Translations under genes and position numbers: made by a program
The notes under the pieces: generated by a model
What the model saw: the letters and a program-made list of their open reading frames with translations, nothing else
Databases searched by the model: none
Told to the model about the DNA's origin: nothing
NCBI GenBank assembly: GCA_040954595.2
Contig: CM082595.2
Coordinates: forward strand, 8,414,317 to 8,478,316
Reading direction: 5' to 3'
Source of the DNA: Balanoglossus misakiensis
Taxonomy: Eukaryota; Animalia; Hemichordata
Length of the DNA: 64,000 bases
In this document: positions 12,821-26,769 of the stretch, piece after piece
Numbering within the stretch: the stretch's first letter is position 1
How the letters are laid out: each line of letters opens with the position of its first letter

Positions 12821-13649
12821 ATTGCTAACGAAGTGTTGACAAACCGTCGTCTTGACTATTGTTCGGAAGACAGGAAAACCAAAATTAGCACATCGTTGCG
12901 GTAATTTTTGATGAAAGACATGATGTCAACCTTTTCAATGAAGTGATCGGTTGAATTTGAGGGGTGGGACCGACCAACGCTGTCGGTGTTCGAAGTGGCA
13001 ATGATCACTTTACGTGATGTCATCACGAGAATGCGTCGCGTTATCGACCAAAATTCGTGTAATAACCCCTTTATCGTACATGCCTACCTATAAAACAGTA
13101 CGATTTGCGAAAATGCACCGAGAAAAACAATTTCACGGCCAGAAATTTGAACAGGACGTCCTGAGATCACAGCAGTAGCCCATAGCCAAGTGAAACTGGG
13201 CGATGCGATCAGGTGATCAACGTGTAGGCAGTAGTATCATTCTAAGGGGCTGGCAGCTTCAATTACGATGGGCACATCCGCATTCTGAATAAAATTGTCT
13301 ACGTTCTCTTTCCAAATAACAAGTTAACAATTATTTTGCATTGAAAAATACGACGCAAGAAAAATGATACATTCAACATGGCAAAACCACCAGGTTTGAA
13401 AACGTTATTACATGCTTTATTTTTATCGATCGTCCATCAATGGTCCCCTAGGACTGCGAGGCGAACGCGAACGAGACCCAGGCTCCACTGGGACGCCGCG
13501 TTGTTGCCGTCCATCCTACACATGCACGTACGTACGCAGATCGCTTGGCGCAAAGGGTGGCGCAGAATGCATGGTGCAAACACATGGCGCAGAGTTCCCT
13601 TTTATGAAAATGCGCCTGGCGCAGAACCTGGTGCAGACTACCGAGTTTT

Positions 13650-16600
13650 GACCTCTTACATACCTGCCTCCATTTGAGTTTGCTCGCTGCTCGATTCTGT
13701 CTCTGTAGACATCTGAGGCTGGTTGATGACCGTACCGGTACTGTATGAATGGAAGATTTGTCTCCACCTTTCTGCCGGGGAACATCAACGTGAATGGAGA
13801 CGGAACGTCTGCTGTGATGGGTGTATCACGTAGCGTTGTGAGGATTTCTCTCAGGTTTTCCTCTCCTTTCTTGAGCGACTTTTAAGCATGGCTTTCACCG
13901 TGCCTCTTCCTGCACGCCCATTCGCTTGTTGGTGATAGGGTGCACTGGTGGAATACCATATTTCATGGGATCTGCTGTACTCGTGGTATCATTCCTCACT
14001 TATGAGTTGTGAGCCGTTGTCGGAAATCAATTTCTCGGGGTAGCCGAAATTGGAGAAAATTTCGTCTAGCTTGCCGATGACTGTTGAGCTTCGTGTGTTG
14101 GGTAGCTTGTTTGCCCAGACGAAACCTGTGTAGTAGTCAACGCTAAGCAGGTACTGAGATGACTCAAACTCGAATAAGTCGCTGCCAATCGTCTGCATGG
14201 CTTCAATGCTGTGGATTGGTTGTACTGGAAGCTTGGTTTGGCTTCGCTGATATGACATGATATGATATGATATTGGTTACAGTCGCGTACCATGTTTTCG
14301 ATGTCTGCGTTCAGACCGGGCCAGTACACTGATTGTCGGGCTCGAAGTCTGGTTTTCTCGACACCTTGGTGCTGTTGGTGAAGTACTTGTAGGATGTGTT
14401 GACTCATACTGGACGGTATGACGATTCTGTGACCTTTCAGCACAACACCCTTAGAGCGATGCTGTCAGTATGCGTGGGCTGTTTCGTTGCACTGGTTCTT
14501 CTCTTTCGGCCATCCGTTTGTTATGTACACAGACAATGACTGAAGAACTGAGTCAGCGTCAGTCAGTTGGCGGATCCGATCTATGACAAAGGGCTTCATA
14601 GTGGAAATTTCGTGCACATGAACATCAACATCAGGAAACTGATATGTGGTCTGCTTCGTGTCTACGCATCTGGAAAAACAGTCGGCGAGTGGTACGTCCT
14701 GACCTGGGACGTAATGGATAGCGTACTTGTATCCCTGTATGTGTAGAATCAGTCTCTGCAGCCTAACTGGCATCTTGCAAATTTGCTTCTTTGCTATCGC
14801 TTCTAGTATAGTGGCTTGTGGTCGGTGTGAATGGTATAACGTCTACTAAACACGTAGTGCTTGAAGTGTATCGTTGCCCATACAACAGCTAACATCTCGC
14901 GTTCTATGTTGCTGTAGTTAGACTCAGCGGGGGTGAGGGCTTTCGATGCGAAATGGATTGGTTTGCCATTCTGCAGTAACACAGCACCTAGACCTTTGCA
15001 TGATGCATCACACTGGATCACGATTTCTTTGCTAGTGTCGAAGTAGGTAAGTACTGGCGCTTTGGTGATAGCATTTATCCTGTGTAGTGCTTGGTCGTGG
15101 CTTTCAGACCAAATAAACAGGACGTCTTTCTGTAGTAGTTTTCTGAGTGGTTCAGTCAGTGGACTCAGCTTCACGAACTTTGACAGATAGTTTACGAGAC
15201 TGAGGAGTGACTGTAGCTCTTGTTTGTTTGTTGGCGCTTTCAGTTTCTGGATTGCAGCCACTTTAGATGGGTCGGGCGATACTCCATCTTTGCTCACGAT
15301 GTGTCCGAACAGCTTAACTCTGTCTTTGTTAAACTGACATTTCTCGCCGTTGAGCTTGACATTGTTCTGTCTGCAGGCTTTCATGACATTTTGTATGGCT
15401 ATGTCATGCTGTTGTCTGGATTCGGCAGCAATGAGGATGTCATCCTTTATGTAGTATTCATTGCTGACCTTCTGGAAAATCCGATCCAGCTCAATCTTGA
15501 ATACTTCTTGGGCTGAGATGAGTCCAAACGGTAGGCGTGTGAAGCAATATCTGCCGTATATAGTGCTGAATGTGGTGAGGAGTTGCGATTCCTCATCAAG
15601 TGGGATATTCCAATATCCGCTTCTGAGATCAAGTGTTGAGAAGTACTTTGCGTTCTTCAGCTCTGGATGAATGTCATCAAGAGTTTTCGCGTAGTAGTGT
15701 GGACGTTTGATGAACTTGTTAAGTTCGCGTGGGTCCAGACATATGCGTAGGGATCTGTCAGCCTTTGTGACAAGTACAATGTTGTTGACCCATTCAGTCG
15801 GTTCCTGTACTTCCCTGATGACGCCGATTTCAATCAGACGGTCAAGTTCTTGTCTGAGAGGGGTTTTCAGTGCGTCGGGTGTTCTCCTTGTTGCGTTAAC
15901 TGTGGGCACTGCTCCATCAGACAGCTGGATTTTGTGTTCATTTTGGATTTTGCCAACACCTTCGAACACATCAGCGTTGTCATTGATGAAATGTTCCTTG
16001 CTGGTGTACGATGCGATTTCTTTCACATCGAATTTCTCAAAGCAGCTGTGTCTATCACAGGGAAATTTCACAAGTCCTAGCTTGGCGCATAAGCTGAGGC
16101 CGAGTAGGTTGTTCCCCTGTTCTGAGATGAAGGACACGACGTTAAGTAGACGGGCGTTTTGATGCTCGATGACCGGGACAGTTACTTTCCCATGGTTTGG
16201 GAAACGTTTGCCTCCATATCCGCTAAGACGCATATCAGTTGTGTCTGGCTTGTGGTTTGGGCCAAACAGTGTTCGGTATGTGGTATAGTCATGCGTTTTC
16301 TTATCATGCTGATCAGCTGGTTGAGTGTTTTTATTGGTGGTAGAGCGGCATTTCTTTGCCCAGTGGTTGCGTTTGCCACATTTCCTGCAGTCCTGTCCGA
16401 AAGCTGGACATTTTCTTGGCGGGTGGTCCAGGCCACAGTTTCTGCATTCCCCACCTGTGTTTTGCTTCAGCTTGCTTTGTTTGTGGTTATGCACCTTCGC
16501 CCTGGCGGAGTGTACAACTTCTCCTGGTTCAGGCGGCGTTGCTTGCCCCATAGTCTTCAGTGCAGATACATGCGCATTGGCGGCTTCATAAGTTCTACCG

Positions 16601-17132
16601 AGGGCTATGGCTTCATTGAGCGTGTATTTTTTAGGCTTTGTTAACAGCTCTTTCTGGAACTCAAGTATTGGCGTAGCGGCAATGATTAAATAGGTCGAAG
16701 GATTCAGTTAAATTGTCCGACTCCCAGTTCATAACCGGTATTTTGTTTGCCATGGTCGTTTCGGGAAATGTGCTCGCTGTGTGTTGCTAGGTATATGCTA
16801 TACATTAGGCTAGGCTGTGTTCACATCAAAAGTCAACTTACGCCAATTGCTTCGGATTGGGTATCACTCGTCTTCTGATGTCAACCGTCGCTGGGTCACC
16901 ATGTTATGTTTACTGACTCGGTGAGATCAGGTAATGTTTTGTGTAACTCGTTTAATGAGAAACTTCAACTGGAACACGAACACAACAACTGTACGTTCTG
17001 CTAGTACAAGATGGCAGCCATGAACGCGGGAAAAATCATGACCTTACAATGTCATATGAACTCTGCTAGAGGGCGCTCTATCAAAGCATTGCATGTGGTA
17101 TGCTATAGTGAGATTATAGGTATATCATAACA
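13650..17132 (-). mobile_element. Degraded Ty3/Gypsy (Mag-like) LTR retrotransposon; 3' end and 3' LTR missing
   Basis: Gag double knuckle CRNCGLDH..CPAFGQDCRKCGKRNHWAKKC, RT (LRICLDPRELN, LPFGL), RNase H (CDAS, TDHKPL), integrase (HQGVEK..YWPG, ISDNG); frameshifts and internal deletions. Confidence 0.92.
16902..17132 (-). repeat. 5' LTR (231 bp) of the Mag-like Gypsy with adjacent PBS
   Basis: TGTTATG...CATAACA termini; the minus strand continues directly into TGGTGACCCAGCG. Confidence 0.85.
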
Positions 17133-17269
17133 GACATTTTTTTTTATTTAATTTATTTAATTTAATTTGGGCGATAAAGAATTTTACAGCGCTCAAAAAA
17201 CAGATGCTGATACATTTAAAGGTACAGATACAGATTCAGTAACAAATATTACATATTAAATTGTGGTAT

Positions 17270-20200
17270 ATATTAAATTGTTGTATATGCAATTTCAAAG
17301 GAGATTCTCAAGTTACAGATATCATTATACATCAACATTTTCCCATTTCAGTAAAGCATTCTCTATACAGTTATTTCTTTTGGCAATATACATTTCCACT
17401 TTCTTCATAATTCGTACATATATTTTCACAATATTGAAGGAAGGGAGACCTTACAATCATAAATAGTATTCTTTGTGACAAGTATTACGTGATTTAAAAG
17501 TGAATTAAGAGATGCATCTCCCAAGAGAATTTGTTTAGCGGAAAGATTAGGAGGTGCATCAAGTGCAGAGCCCCACAGGAGCAAAAAGCTTCTCCATAAA
17601 GTTTGTACACATTCACACTCTACAAATAGATGAAGAATGGTCTCGTCGACTTTTTGACAAAAAGTACAAAGACTACTGTTAACTCTGGGAGGATTCATAC
17701 GAAACAAAATATGGTTTTTACATAAAACATTATGATTTAACTTCCACTGGAACTCTTGCAATTTTTTTTTCTATTGTGACCTTGAATGGTAGTGCAAAAA
17801 TATGACACCACTCATTTTTGTCCACAGTTAAAAAACTGTGAAAAGTACAGCACACTCTTTGGAGGAAATACATAACTTGCTGTGAAAAGTTTTCTAATAT
17901 TTTTCACCGTACACTTCCTCAATGGCATAACTTTGTTACAAATTATTACACTGATAGGCAATTCTGGCCTAATTACTTCCACATTACATTTCTTCCAATT
18001 TGATGGAATTGACTGTAAAATACCTTGCCATTGTAAAAGATGGTTAAGAGTACATCCCATAGCAGATAAATCAATCCACGTTTTCAAATTATTGTATTGA
18101 TTAAAGATGTCTACAATGTACACTATACCTTTTTGGAAGAAAAGCTTATTAAAAATTCAACAATTGTTAATGAGAATTTCTTTGTTGTCCCAAATGATTT
18201 GTTGCGTAATACCAAAATAATTACAAGGATTAATGTCACTCCAAAATTCCAACATTTCAATGACAAAGTCTGGTAGTTGAATGGGAAGAGGTTTTACACT
18301 GTAGTTACACCTGAAAATGAGTCTGCCACCAATTGGTTGCAGAAAAAAATCCAAAATTAGTTTCCATGGGAGCTTTGTCTCAGACACGTAGCGCTTAATC
18401 CATGAAATTTTAAAAGCTTTGTACAATGCAAAAATGTCTATCATGCCTATTCCCCCTTCTCTAATATCACCGATTATCGTATTTCTGCTGACCCTATCAG
18501 GGCCATTCCAAATAAATTTGTGGATGACATTGTTAATTGTTTTGATATCTGAGAATTTGATATTTATAAGGTTGAAAATGTACAGAAACTTGGAAATGAT
18601 CAATGTTTTAACAATCTGGATTTTACCAATTAAGGTAAGCCCTCTGGACCGCCAGTGGCAAAGCAAACGTGACATTTATAAGCAGCAGCAAGGTTATAAG
18701 AAAAGAAAATGCCCACAATTTTAATTGGCGTCTCTGGCCATTTTATACCAAAAGGTTTATCCTCTCTGTGCCTCCCTTTGCCAAGCCACATAGCTTCCGT
18801 TTTGTTACGATTTATACATAAACCAGATGCTAAATGAAAATTGTTTAAAAGAGAAAAAAGATTCACAGCAGATGTTTCGTCTGCCAAGAAACATGTCAGA
18901 TCATCTGCAAATGCAGCATTTTTGATTTCTTTGTTTAATATACCAATGCCATGAATATTATCATTTTGTTGAAAAGCAACTGAAAGTACTTCCAACCCAA
19001 TGATAAAAAGAGCTGGGGATAGAGGGTCTCCTTGACGAACACATCGCTGTAAATCAAAATATCCTGTTGAGAGGCCACAATTAAGAACACAGCTGGTTGG
19101 ATGTGAATAAAAAGTGCGAATCCAATTCATAAGAGAAGGGCCAACATTTAAAGCTTCAAGAGCTTTATACAGAAATGGCCATTCTAGGCTGTCAAAAGCC
19201 TTCTCAAAAGCTACTGCCATAAGAATACCAGGTAAGTTTTCCATTTTTGTAAACTCCAAAATGCTATCTATGATTCTTACACAATCACCTATTTGACGAC
19301 CCTTTATAAAAGCACACTGGGTCTCATTAATAATATTATGCAAGATCTTGTCTAAACGTCTAGAAATACATTTCGCACCAATCTTGTAATCAACATTTAA
19401 GAGTGTAATGTGCCTCCAGTTTTTAACAAAACGTTTGTCTTTACCCTTTTTCTCAATGAGAGTGATAACACCTTGCTTCTGACTGTTTGACAAAACACCC
19501 ATCTCATAACCTTTGTTTAAAGAATTAACAACATAGTAACCTATAAGAGGCCAAAATTTCATATAAAATTCAACAGACAGGCCATCATTACCTGGAGTTT
19601 TGTTTGATGGCATACTAGAGAGGGCCTGGAACGCTTCATTATAAGTGATGAGGCCATCACAAGAGGCGCTATCTGTATCAGTTAACATGGGCAAGTTTAC
19701 CATGTTGAAAAAGTCAGTAATGGAGTTCAGATTTTCATGATTTTGTTTACTATGATAAAGCTTGGAATAAAAAGACTTAAGTTCTCCTAAAATCTCTTGA
19801 GAGTCCGTAATCCTCCTCCCTTCATCATTTATAATTTGGACAATGTGGGACTTCTTAGAATTAACCTTTTCCAAACTAAGAAAATAATTTGTATTCTTTT
19901 CCCCCAGCTCATACCAGTTTGCTCTTGAACGAATAATGCTACCTTCAACAACGTAATCTAATTCTATCTGCAATTCCTTTCTTATACATTCAATCTCATC
20001 CCTAATCTCATTGGATGGATCAGAAGCTAGAGCTACCTCCATATGGGTAAGCTTGGTCTCAAGCTCAGAAATATTATCTCTTCTAGCTTTTGCCTTTTGT
20101 TTCCCATAAGAAAGAGAGGCTGTCTTAATTTTGTACTTCAAAAAATCCCAAACTTGAATTGGCTCTTGAGAGTGCTACTCATCTACCCAATTTTCAAAGT

Positions 20201-21011
20201 TGCCATAAATAAGTTTGATAAACTGATCATCTAGAAGAAAGCTATTATTGAACTTCCAGTAGGAACGCCCAAGCCTGGCTCGACTATCACCAATGGAAAG
20301 AGTAATTGCAGAATGGTCACTATAATTACAAGAAATGATATCTGTATCTGAGACAGCTTGCTGCAGAGAGCTGCTCACTAAGAAATAATCTAAATGACTC
20401 TGAATTAACTCGGGACGCAATTTGCTCCAGGTAAAACGTCTCGTGGAAGGATTACGGACTCTCCAAATATCCGAAAGATCAAATTTAGCACAAAGCTCAC
20501 TCAAAATAGTAGCTGACTTTTTCCACGTGGTTGGGTTTCCACCTTTCCTGTCAAGTTAGGATTTATAGTCATATTATGATCCCTTACCCAAATAATCTCT
20601 CTATCTGGTTCTATTTCCATAGCATAAAGCATTTCAGTGATCTGTGAAAGATATGAAACATGCTCAGTTTCATTATTTGGACCATAACAATTTATGAGTA
20701 AATACGGCTTTTCAAAAATATCTTCTGAAATAATAATCCGACAATCTTTATCGGTACTTACATTATAAATAGAGAAATGTACATTTCTAAAAATAACAAG
20801 TACACCTCTACTATTGGAGGTACCGTGTGAAAAAAAAATGGCCAGGGAGTAGACTTGGCCACAGCTGTTCATCTTTAGGCACACTATGAGTTTCTTGAAG
20901 GAAAATGATATTTGGATTTTTCTTTTGCAACCACTGAAAAACACCTTTTCGTTTCTTATAGTTAGCAATACCACGCACATTTGCTGAAATTACATTATAG
21001 TTCTCTGACAT
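17270..21011 (-). pseudogene. L1/Tx1 ORF2 (endonuclease-RT), fragmented
   Basis: Consecutive minus-strand ORF fragments 20811-21038, 20501-20980, 20175-20504, 18630-20141, 18157-18675, 17812-18123, 17426-17761. Confidence 0.9.
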
Positions 21012-21449
21012 CAAATTTGACAGAAAATAACTGTACAAAGATGCACTGAATTTTTTCTAAATCTCCCAAAATTTTCAAAATAGAAAAGAAAAAAGGAAAA
21101 AAAATGAACTCTACAAAGAGCTCAGCAAAGACCGAAAACAAAAGAAAAACAAAACAACAGGCAAGGTGGAAGATCTGGTACATGGCGTAAAGCAATTTAG
21201 GGAGGTGTGGGGAAAGAATATCTCCCCAACAGCGATAACCATAGTCAAAAGCATAATTGACTAATGCAGTAAAATGAGAAAAGAGAGAGAGAGAAAAAAC
21301 AAGACATGAATGATCACAACATCGAATAACAGGTCAACAAAAAGCATTTCTCTAATGGCAGGTGTCCATGTATACAGACAAGTAAAAGAGGACTGATCAC
21401 CAGTAGCGACATTGCTCTCACACTGACATCAAAAGGATATGATAAACAA

Positions 21450-22291
21450 GTCAATGTCTTTGCTGGTAATCTTGTGGTGAAGGCGTGTATTTTGAGTTGT
21501 TGATGTAGAGTTGACCATTTACGAACTTGACTTTCTTTTTTTCGTTGTACGGAGGCTTTGCTTGACTTTATAGTCCGCTGGGCACAAGTCTGGTTTGACA
21601 AAAATGTCCGTACCTCTGAAAGCCGTACGCCAGTTTCTCAGTAGTTCACTCCGCTGTACTCGAAGAGGGAGTTTAACGATGATATGCCTCGGTTTGCCAG
21701 ATTTACTGCGAGTGTCTTTCACACTTGGACTGCGTTGGGCATTGTCAATCAAAATGTCCGCCATCTTGAACTTTTCTGCAGCGAGTCTCTTTATGGTTTC
21801 AATGCAATTTCATCATCTTTTTAGGGTATGCCTCCAATACGGAGATTGTAGTTTCGGGAGTATCTTTCAAGCCTTGTCACCGAACTCTCAACTTGTTCAT
21901 TTCTTTTGGTAAACTCCTCTAATTTTGTTTGAAGTTTCTGAAAATCTGCCTTAAACTCCACGTTCTCTCCCTTCAGCGTATCTATGTCGTCATCTGCATA
22001 CTGCATGGCCTTTTCAAGTTCAGTGTATTTCGTTTCAACAAGTTTCATTCTTTCAGATAGCTTTCGTTGTTCAGTTATAATCGTTGAAACCCGGTCAGAT
22101 ATCGAGCCCACTTTCTCCTCTAAGTTCTGCAGACATTCCTTCATTAAGGCTTTCAGCGAGTCACGAGAGAAGCCACTCTCACCTTCTCGCACGCACGGTT
22201 CTGATGTACCGCCGCCATCTTTGAAGTACGCTGCGATGTCTTGGTTGTCCGTACCGACTTTTTTGCTCTTATTTCGGGTTGCGTTTGCCAT
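21450..22291 (-). pseudogene. L1-type ORF1 (coiled coil + RRM/CTD), broken by stop/frameshift
   Basis: Heptad-rich region then LERYSRNYNLRIGGIP, KPRHIIVK, IFVKPDL. Confidence 0.8.
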
Positions 22292-23718
22292 ATCGCTTCC
22301 AGGTCCGCTACAAGCGTTCTAGGTAACTTTAAATCAGTAACAGTAACGTCAAATGTTAAACCTGGTGGACTATTACCATGAAATTTCGACCTGCTTTTAG
22401 TGACGGTGTGACCACACTGTTCACTCCAGCGCCATGACCTATGACCCCTGTAACATAACAGACATAGTAGTCAAAGTCCAGTATGTGTTTAAAATGATAC
22501 CCTGGTCACACACAGTGACAAATATCAGCCTTTGACTATTGTGTCAAATTATCTAATTTGTGCATTGTTAATAACCCACTGTGAAGTTTAGTCCAGGTAA
22601 TTCTTTTTCAGTGTGGAAACATACTATACTTTGAATACATGTTGCATATGGAGTGTTGGAGGTTATAGTTGGATGCAGTTTTCCAAGCAATTAGGAAATT
22701 TTTATATATCGCTTTATACTATTTCATTGGTTGATAAACATCATGATTCTTCACGTCACGATGAAAACTGAAAAATAAAAATGTTGCTTTATATGCACCA
22801 AAAACTATTTTTTTCACCATTGCTATGAAAAATAAAGCACAAAAAACGTAACACTTTACATCTTACAGTAAAGGGCATTGCCTGTCGATGTGATACACTT
22901 TATCATATAACTTCAAAACTGGTAGCTAGGGCAGTGTTTGCACAGAGGAGTCCCTTAAATGCCTTCGCTCATTCACACCTCTTCAGTGATGATGCCTGGA
23001 TTATATTGACATGAAGCTGTTTGTTCAGCAGTGTTTCAACTGCCAGCCACCTGAGTTCATTTTAACACCCAAACACTGAAAATATTGTAGCAATCAATAA
23101 TATAACCTACACGCGGGGTAAAAGTCATCGTGTTTTAAAGTTATGTTGATGCCTGATGTGCATTGTGACTCACGGGGCATGCAAGGGTAAAGCTTGTCCA
23201 AAGTTGACAAAGCAAAATACCAGACTAAGTGCCTGTTTTAAAATGTACCTCTTTCCAAGGACCTTGGTGACGAGGCATAAATTTGGGAACGTTCACGGGA
23301 CCCATTTTTTCACTGGACCCGCACATGTAATTATATAACCATGAAATTGAACTGTTCCCGGGAGCTACCGAGTGTTGCCTTGTTTCACCCGCAGGTTACT
23401 AGCTAGGGTTTTTACACTGCCGGCAGTAGTTCCAAAAAACTAGCTACACTGCGTAGTGATTGGTTGACTATATATGAATATGCATGAGGTCTGGTTTATA
23501 AGGTTCTACCCAGATGTAGTGCCCATGCCTTCTCACGGCGGAGCGTGACAGAGAGCATATTCCGTGTACCTCGCTCGTCATCAAGTTTTCTAGGTGGAAT
23601 TCAGAATGGCAACTACAACCACAAAAGCAACAGTTGTAACAGCACTGCAAACACCAGTTCTCAATACTTTGGCTGTGAGTAGAATGTCTACAACCAGGAC
23701 TGCGACTGCCAATACCAC

Positions 23719-25492
23719 GAGCAGAATGGGTTTCGAAGTGACAGATCATGTGAAGATCACATTTTCACGCTCACTTCCATTATCAGAAATAGGCTTTCAA
23801 ATGGTCTTTCTACTTTTGCTACTTTTATTGATTTAAAAAAAGCCTTTGATTATGTGGATAGATCTGCGCTTCTGTATAAACTATTACTCCATGGTATTGA
23901 TGGCAAAATGTATAGCAGTATTAAGACAATGTACTCTGACACCTTATCATGTGTTAAGGTAAATGATATGTATACAGACTGGTTTACTACAAACATTGGA
24001 GTAAGGCAGGGAGACAATTTGTCACCCTCTTTATTTTCATTTTTTATTAATGACTTAGCAGTTGAGCTTAAATCATTGAACAAAGGTATTTCTATTGATA
24101 ACTGTAATATCTGTATATTGTTATATGCCGACGACATTGTCTTGATTTCGGATAATGAACTTGATATGCAAGCAATGCTTGACCATGTTGATGATTGGTG
24201 CTCCAAGTGGCGTCTTCTAGTTAATTGTAGTAAATCAAAAGTTGTCCATTTTAGGAAAGAAACCATGACAAAAAGTGCATTTGATTTTCATCTTGGTGTA
24301 AATTCTGTTGAATATGCTCAGAAGTACAAATACCTTGGGATTGTATTAAGTGAATTTTTGGATTTTTCTGTTACTTCAGAAGCGTTGTCACAAGCTGCCA
24401 ATAGAGCATTGGGTGCCTTGAATTCAAAAGTTAAAGTTTTGAAAAACTTTGGCTTTGAATCCTATACAAAACTATATAATGCATGTGTTACCCCTATACT
24501 AGATTACTGCTGTGCAATTTGGGGGTTCAGAAAACATGATAAATGTGATGTAGTCCAAAACCGTGCCTTAAGATTTTATTTGGGGGTTCATAGGTTTACT
24601 CCAACTCATGCAATTATAGGTGATACTGGTTGGTACTCTTGTAGAAATCGCAGACATATTAACATGATTCGTTATTGGAATAGGCTTCTGGCCATGGACG
24701 AACAAAGACTTACAAAAAGGGTCTTCTTGTGGGACTTTGCCTTAAATGATTACAATAATTGGTCAAATGAAATCTGTCAGATTTTTGATATTTTAAACGT
24801 AGATGTGGAAAACCTATTGTACATTAATATTCCTATGGTTAAAAGAAAGTTGTTATCAATGCTCGAGTCCGATTGGCTTGAGAATGCTAGACAAAAAGCT
24901 AAGTTACGTACTTATATTCTATTGAAATCTACTTATAGTGCAGAAAGTTATGTTACGTTGAATCTGTCCCGTCGACAACGTTCGTTGACAGCACAAATTC
25001 GTGCCGGTGTATTGCCTCTTCGGATTGAAACTGGAAGATTTCGTCACGAGAGTTTAGATAGAAGGCTTTGTGAATTTTGTCAGAGTAATTCTATTGAAAA
25101 TGAGAGTCACTTTCTATTGCATTGTCCATTTTATGATGATTTAAGGGTATCTTATATGAAATGTCTTACGGATGTACGAATTGGTGATATTCCAGACGTG
25201 GAAAAGCTGAAGTTATTATTTGAACAAATTAACGTTAGAAATACAGCAAAATATATCGAAAAAGCATTTCTTCGAAGGAAAGAAAGACTGTATAGGCTCA
25301 ATTAGCATGCATGATTTGTACATTTGTCACTGTGTATTGTACACCCATCTTTTTCTATTTTTTGCTTGGATCTTTAAAGTGACATATAAGTCCATTGGGC
25401 TGGGAGGTTTTCCTATTCAGATTATTATCTTCACTGTAAAGAATTTGTAATTGACCTCATGTCACTATAATAAACTATCTATCTATCTATCT
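23719..25492 (+). mobile_element. 5'-truncated CR1/L2-group LINE with open RT frame
   Basis: EQNGFR..IDLKKAFD upstream of the listed start, RQGDNLSP, LLYADD, LRIETGR, CEFC..E.E.HFLLHC; AATAAA then (TATC)n tail ~25477-25492. Confidence 0.9.
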
Positions 25493-25739
25493 AATGCTAC
25501 TGTCGCTCTTACCAGTACCCGAACAGCCTCAACGGGTACCAGCCAAGTGCAACCAGTCGATGCGGTAAGTTTCACCTTGCAGATCGAATATTATTTGGTG
25601 CATGTTGCTGTGTTGTCTTTCCACAGCCAGCTTGTATTCTGATATTCTACGTTCAAGACCGAAGATATTATCGGGAACTGGGACTGGAGTCATTTCGAAT
25701 GAGAATGTGATGTATTTGGGTCTGACGAAAGAGAAGTGA

Positions 25740-25995
25740 TTTTTGAGTCGTCCCCATGAAGAGTTATAAATATGGTTGTGGGTATGACGAATTGACAGTT
25801 GGTAATGCCGAAGAAACTGAGTATTGAGTCGTCCCCATGGAAAGTTTTGAAAAACGGTTTTGGGTTGACGAATTTACCGTTGTTAATGGAGAAGAAACTT
25901 GAGTCGTCCCCATGAAAAACCTGAGACTGTAATGAATGGTAATGAAGGTGACGAGTCGTCCCCAAGTGTTTTTCTTTTCGTATTTGGGTTTGACG
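25740..25995 (+). repeat. Short diverged tandem repeats with gagtcgtcccca core
   Basis: Core at ~25745, 25826, 25901, 25952, paired with tttgggttgacga-like motifs. Confidence 0.75.
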
Positions 25996-26238
25996 AGTCT
26001 GGAATCGGTGTACTCGTTACATAATGTGAAAAGGTAGCCGGATTGGTCATGGCAGGTTGTAACATTTGGGTTGACGAATTATCGAGCGCTAGTTGGAATG
26101 AATATGACTGCTGCAGAGGAAAATATTGCAGGTTGACTGTGAATGGGTGTGGCCAGAAATAATTGTCATGTAAATTACACGCTAAACGTGCGGCATACCC
26201 CAGGTGCTAAGGTTTATGCTTTGATTGGTGCATTGCAG

Positions 26239-26769
26239 GGACCCGCACATACTCGAAGACCGGAGATGTCAAGTGGCCCTCGACTGGAATCCTACGACAG
26301 GTTCGAAAGATATCTGACAGAGTTGCGGTTGTATGCTGAACGGGACGAAGCAGCTTTTAGTCCAGAAGAAGCTTTGGCTCGCCTGGAAATGCTCGTGGAC
26401 ATATCGATGGATATAGGACATAAGGACTATCATAAATACGTAGCCATGTTACGGGCTCTGCGTAAAGAGAGGCAATCACCCGCTATGCCTCAGATGTTGC
26501 TTTCCCTACTTGGATCAGGTGCACATGCAGAGATCTTAGAGAAAATTGCAAAAGTGAAGAAAGCCGTTGGTAATACCCTTTCAAATGCTGGTCGCAGAGA
26601 GAATAGAGAAAGATCAAGTTTGCGATGTTGGAAGTGTAATAGAATTGGACATATAGCTAGGTTTTGTTATGGTAGACATGATAGGTATGATCGCTACGAT
26701 AGATTTGATAGATATGATGATGGGAGAAGGGAATCTTACCGTTCCCGTTCAGGTAGAGATACCAAATAG
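26239..26769 (+). CDS. Gag-like exon with CCHC zinc knuckle and (DRY/DRF) repeats
   Basis: CWKCNRIGHIARFC followed by RHDRYDRYDRFDRYDD; preceded by ttgcag acceptor. Confidence 0.65.
   Translation, partial: GPAHTRRPEMSSGPRLESYDRFERYLTELRLYAERDEAAFSPEEALARLEMLVDISMDIGHKDYHKYVAMLRALRKERQSPAMPQMLLSLLGSGAHAEILEKIAKVKKAVGNTLSNAGRRENRERSSLRCWKCNRIGHIARFCYGRHDRYDRYDRFDRYDDGRRESYRSRSGRDTK

Larger units (their letters stand above)
17138..22453 (-). mobile_element. Full-length degraded L1/Tx1-clade LINE
   Basis: ORF1, APE endonuclease (NVRG, FLQETH, SDH), RT (QGDPLSP, FADD), C-terminal CxxC..ET..HLF.EC; poly-A tail seen as T-run at 17138; TSD cataacagacat at 17126-17137 and 22454-22465. Confidence 0.93.

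Noticed and set aside
15220-16644. Plus-strand ORFs opposite Gypsy pol (and similar antisense ORFs over other TEs)
   Set aside because: Antisense shadows of real coding frames.
23700-25510. TSD around the CR1-group LINE
   Set aside because: Only a loose aatac/aatgc similarity; not convincing.
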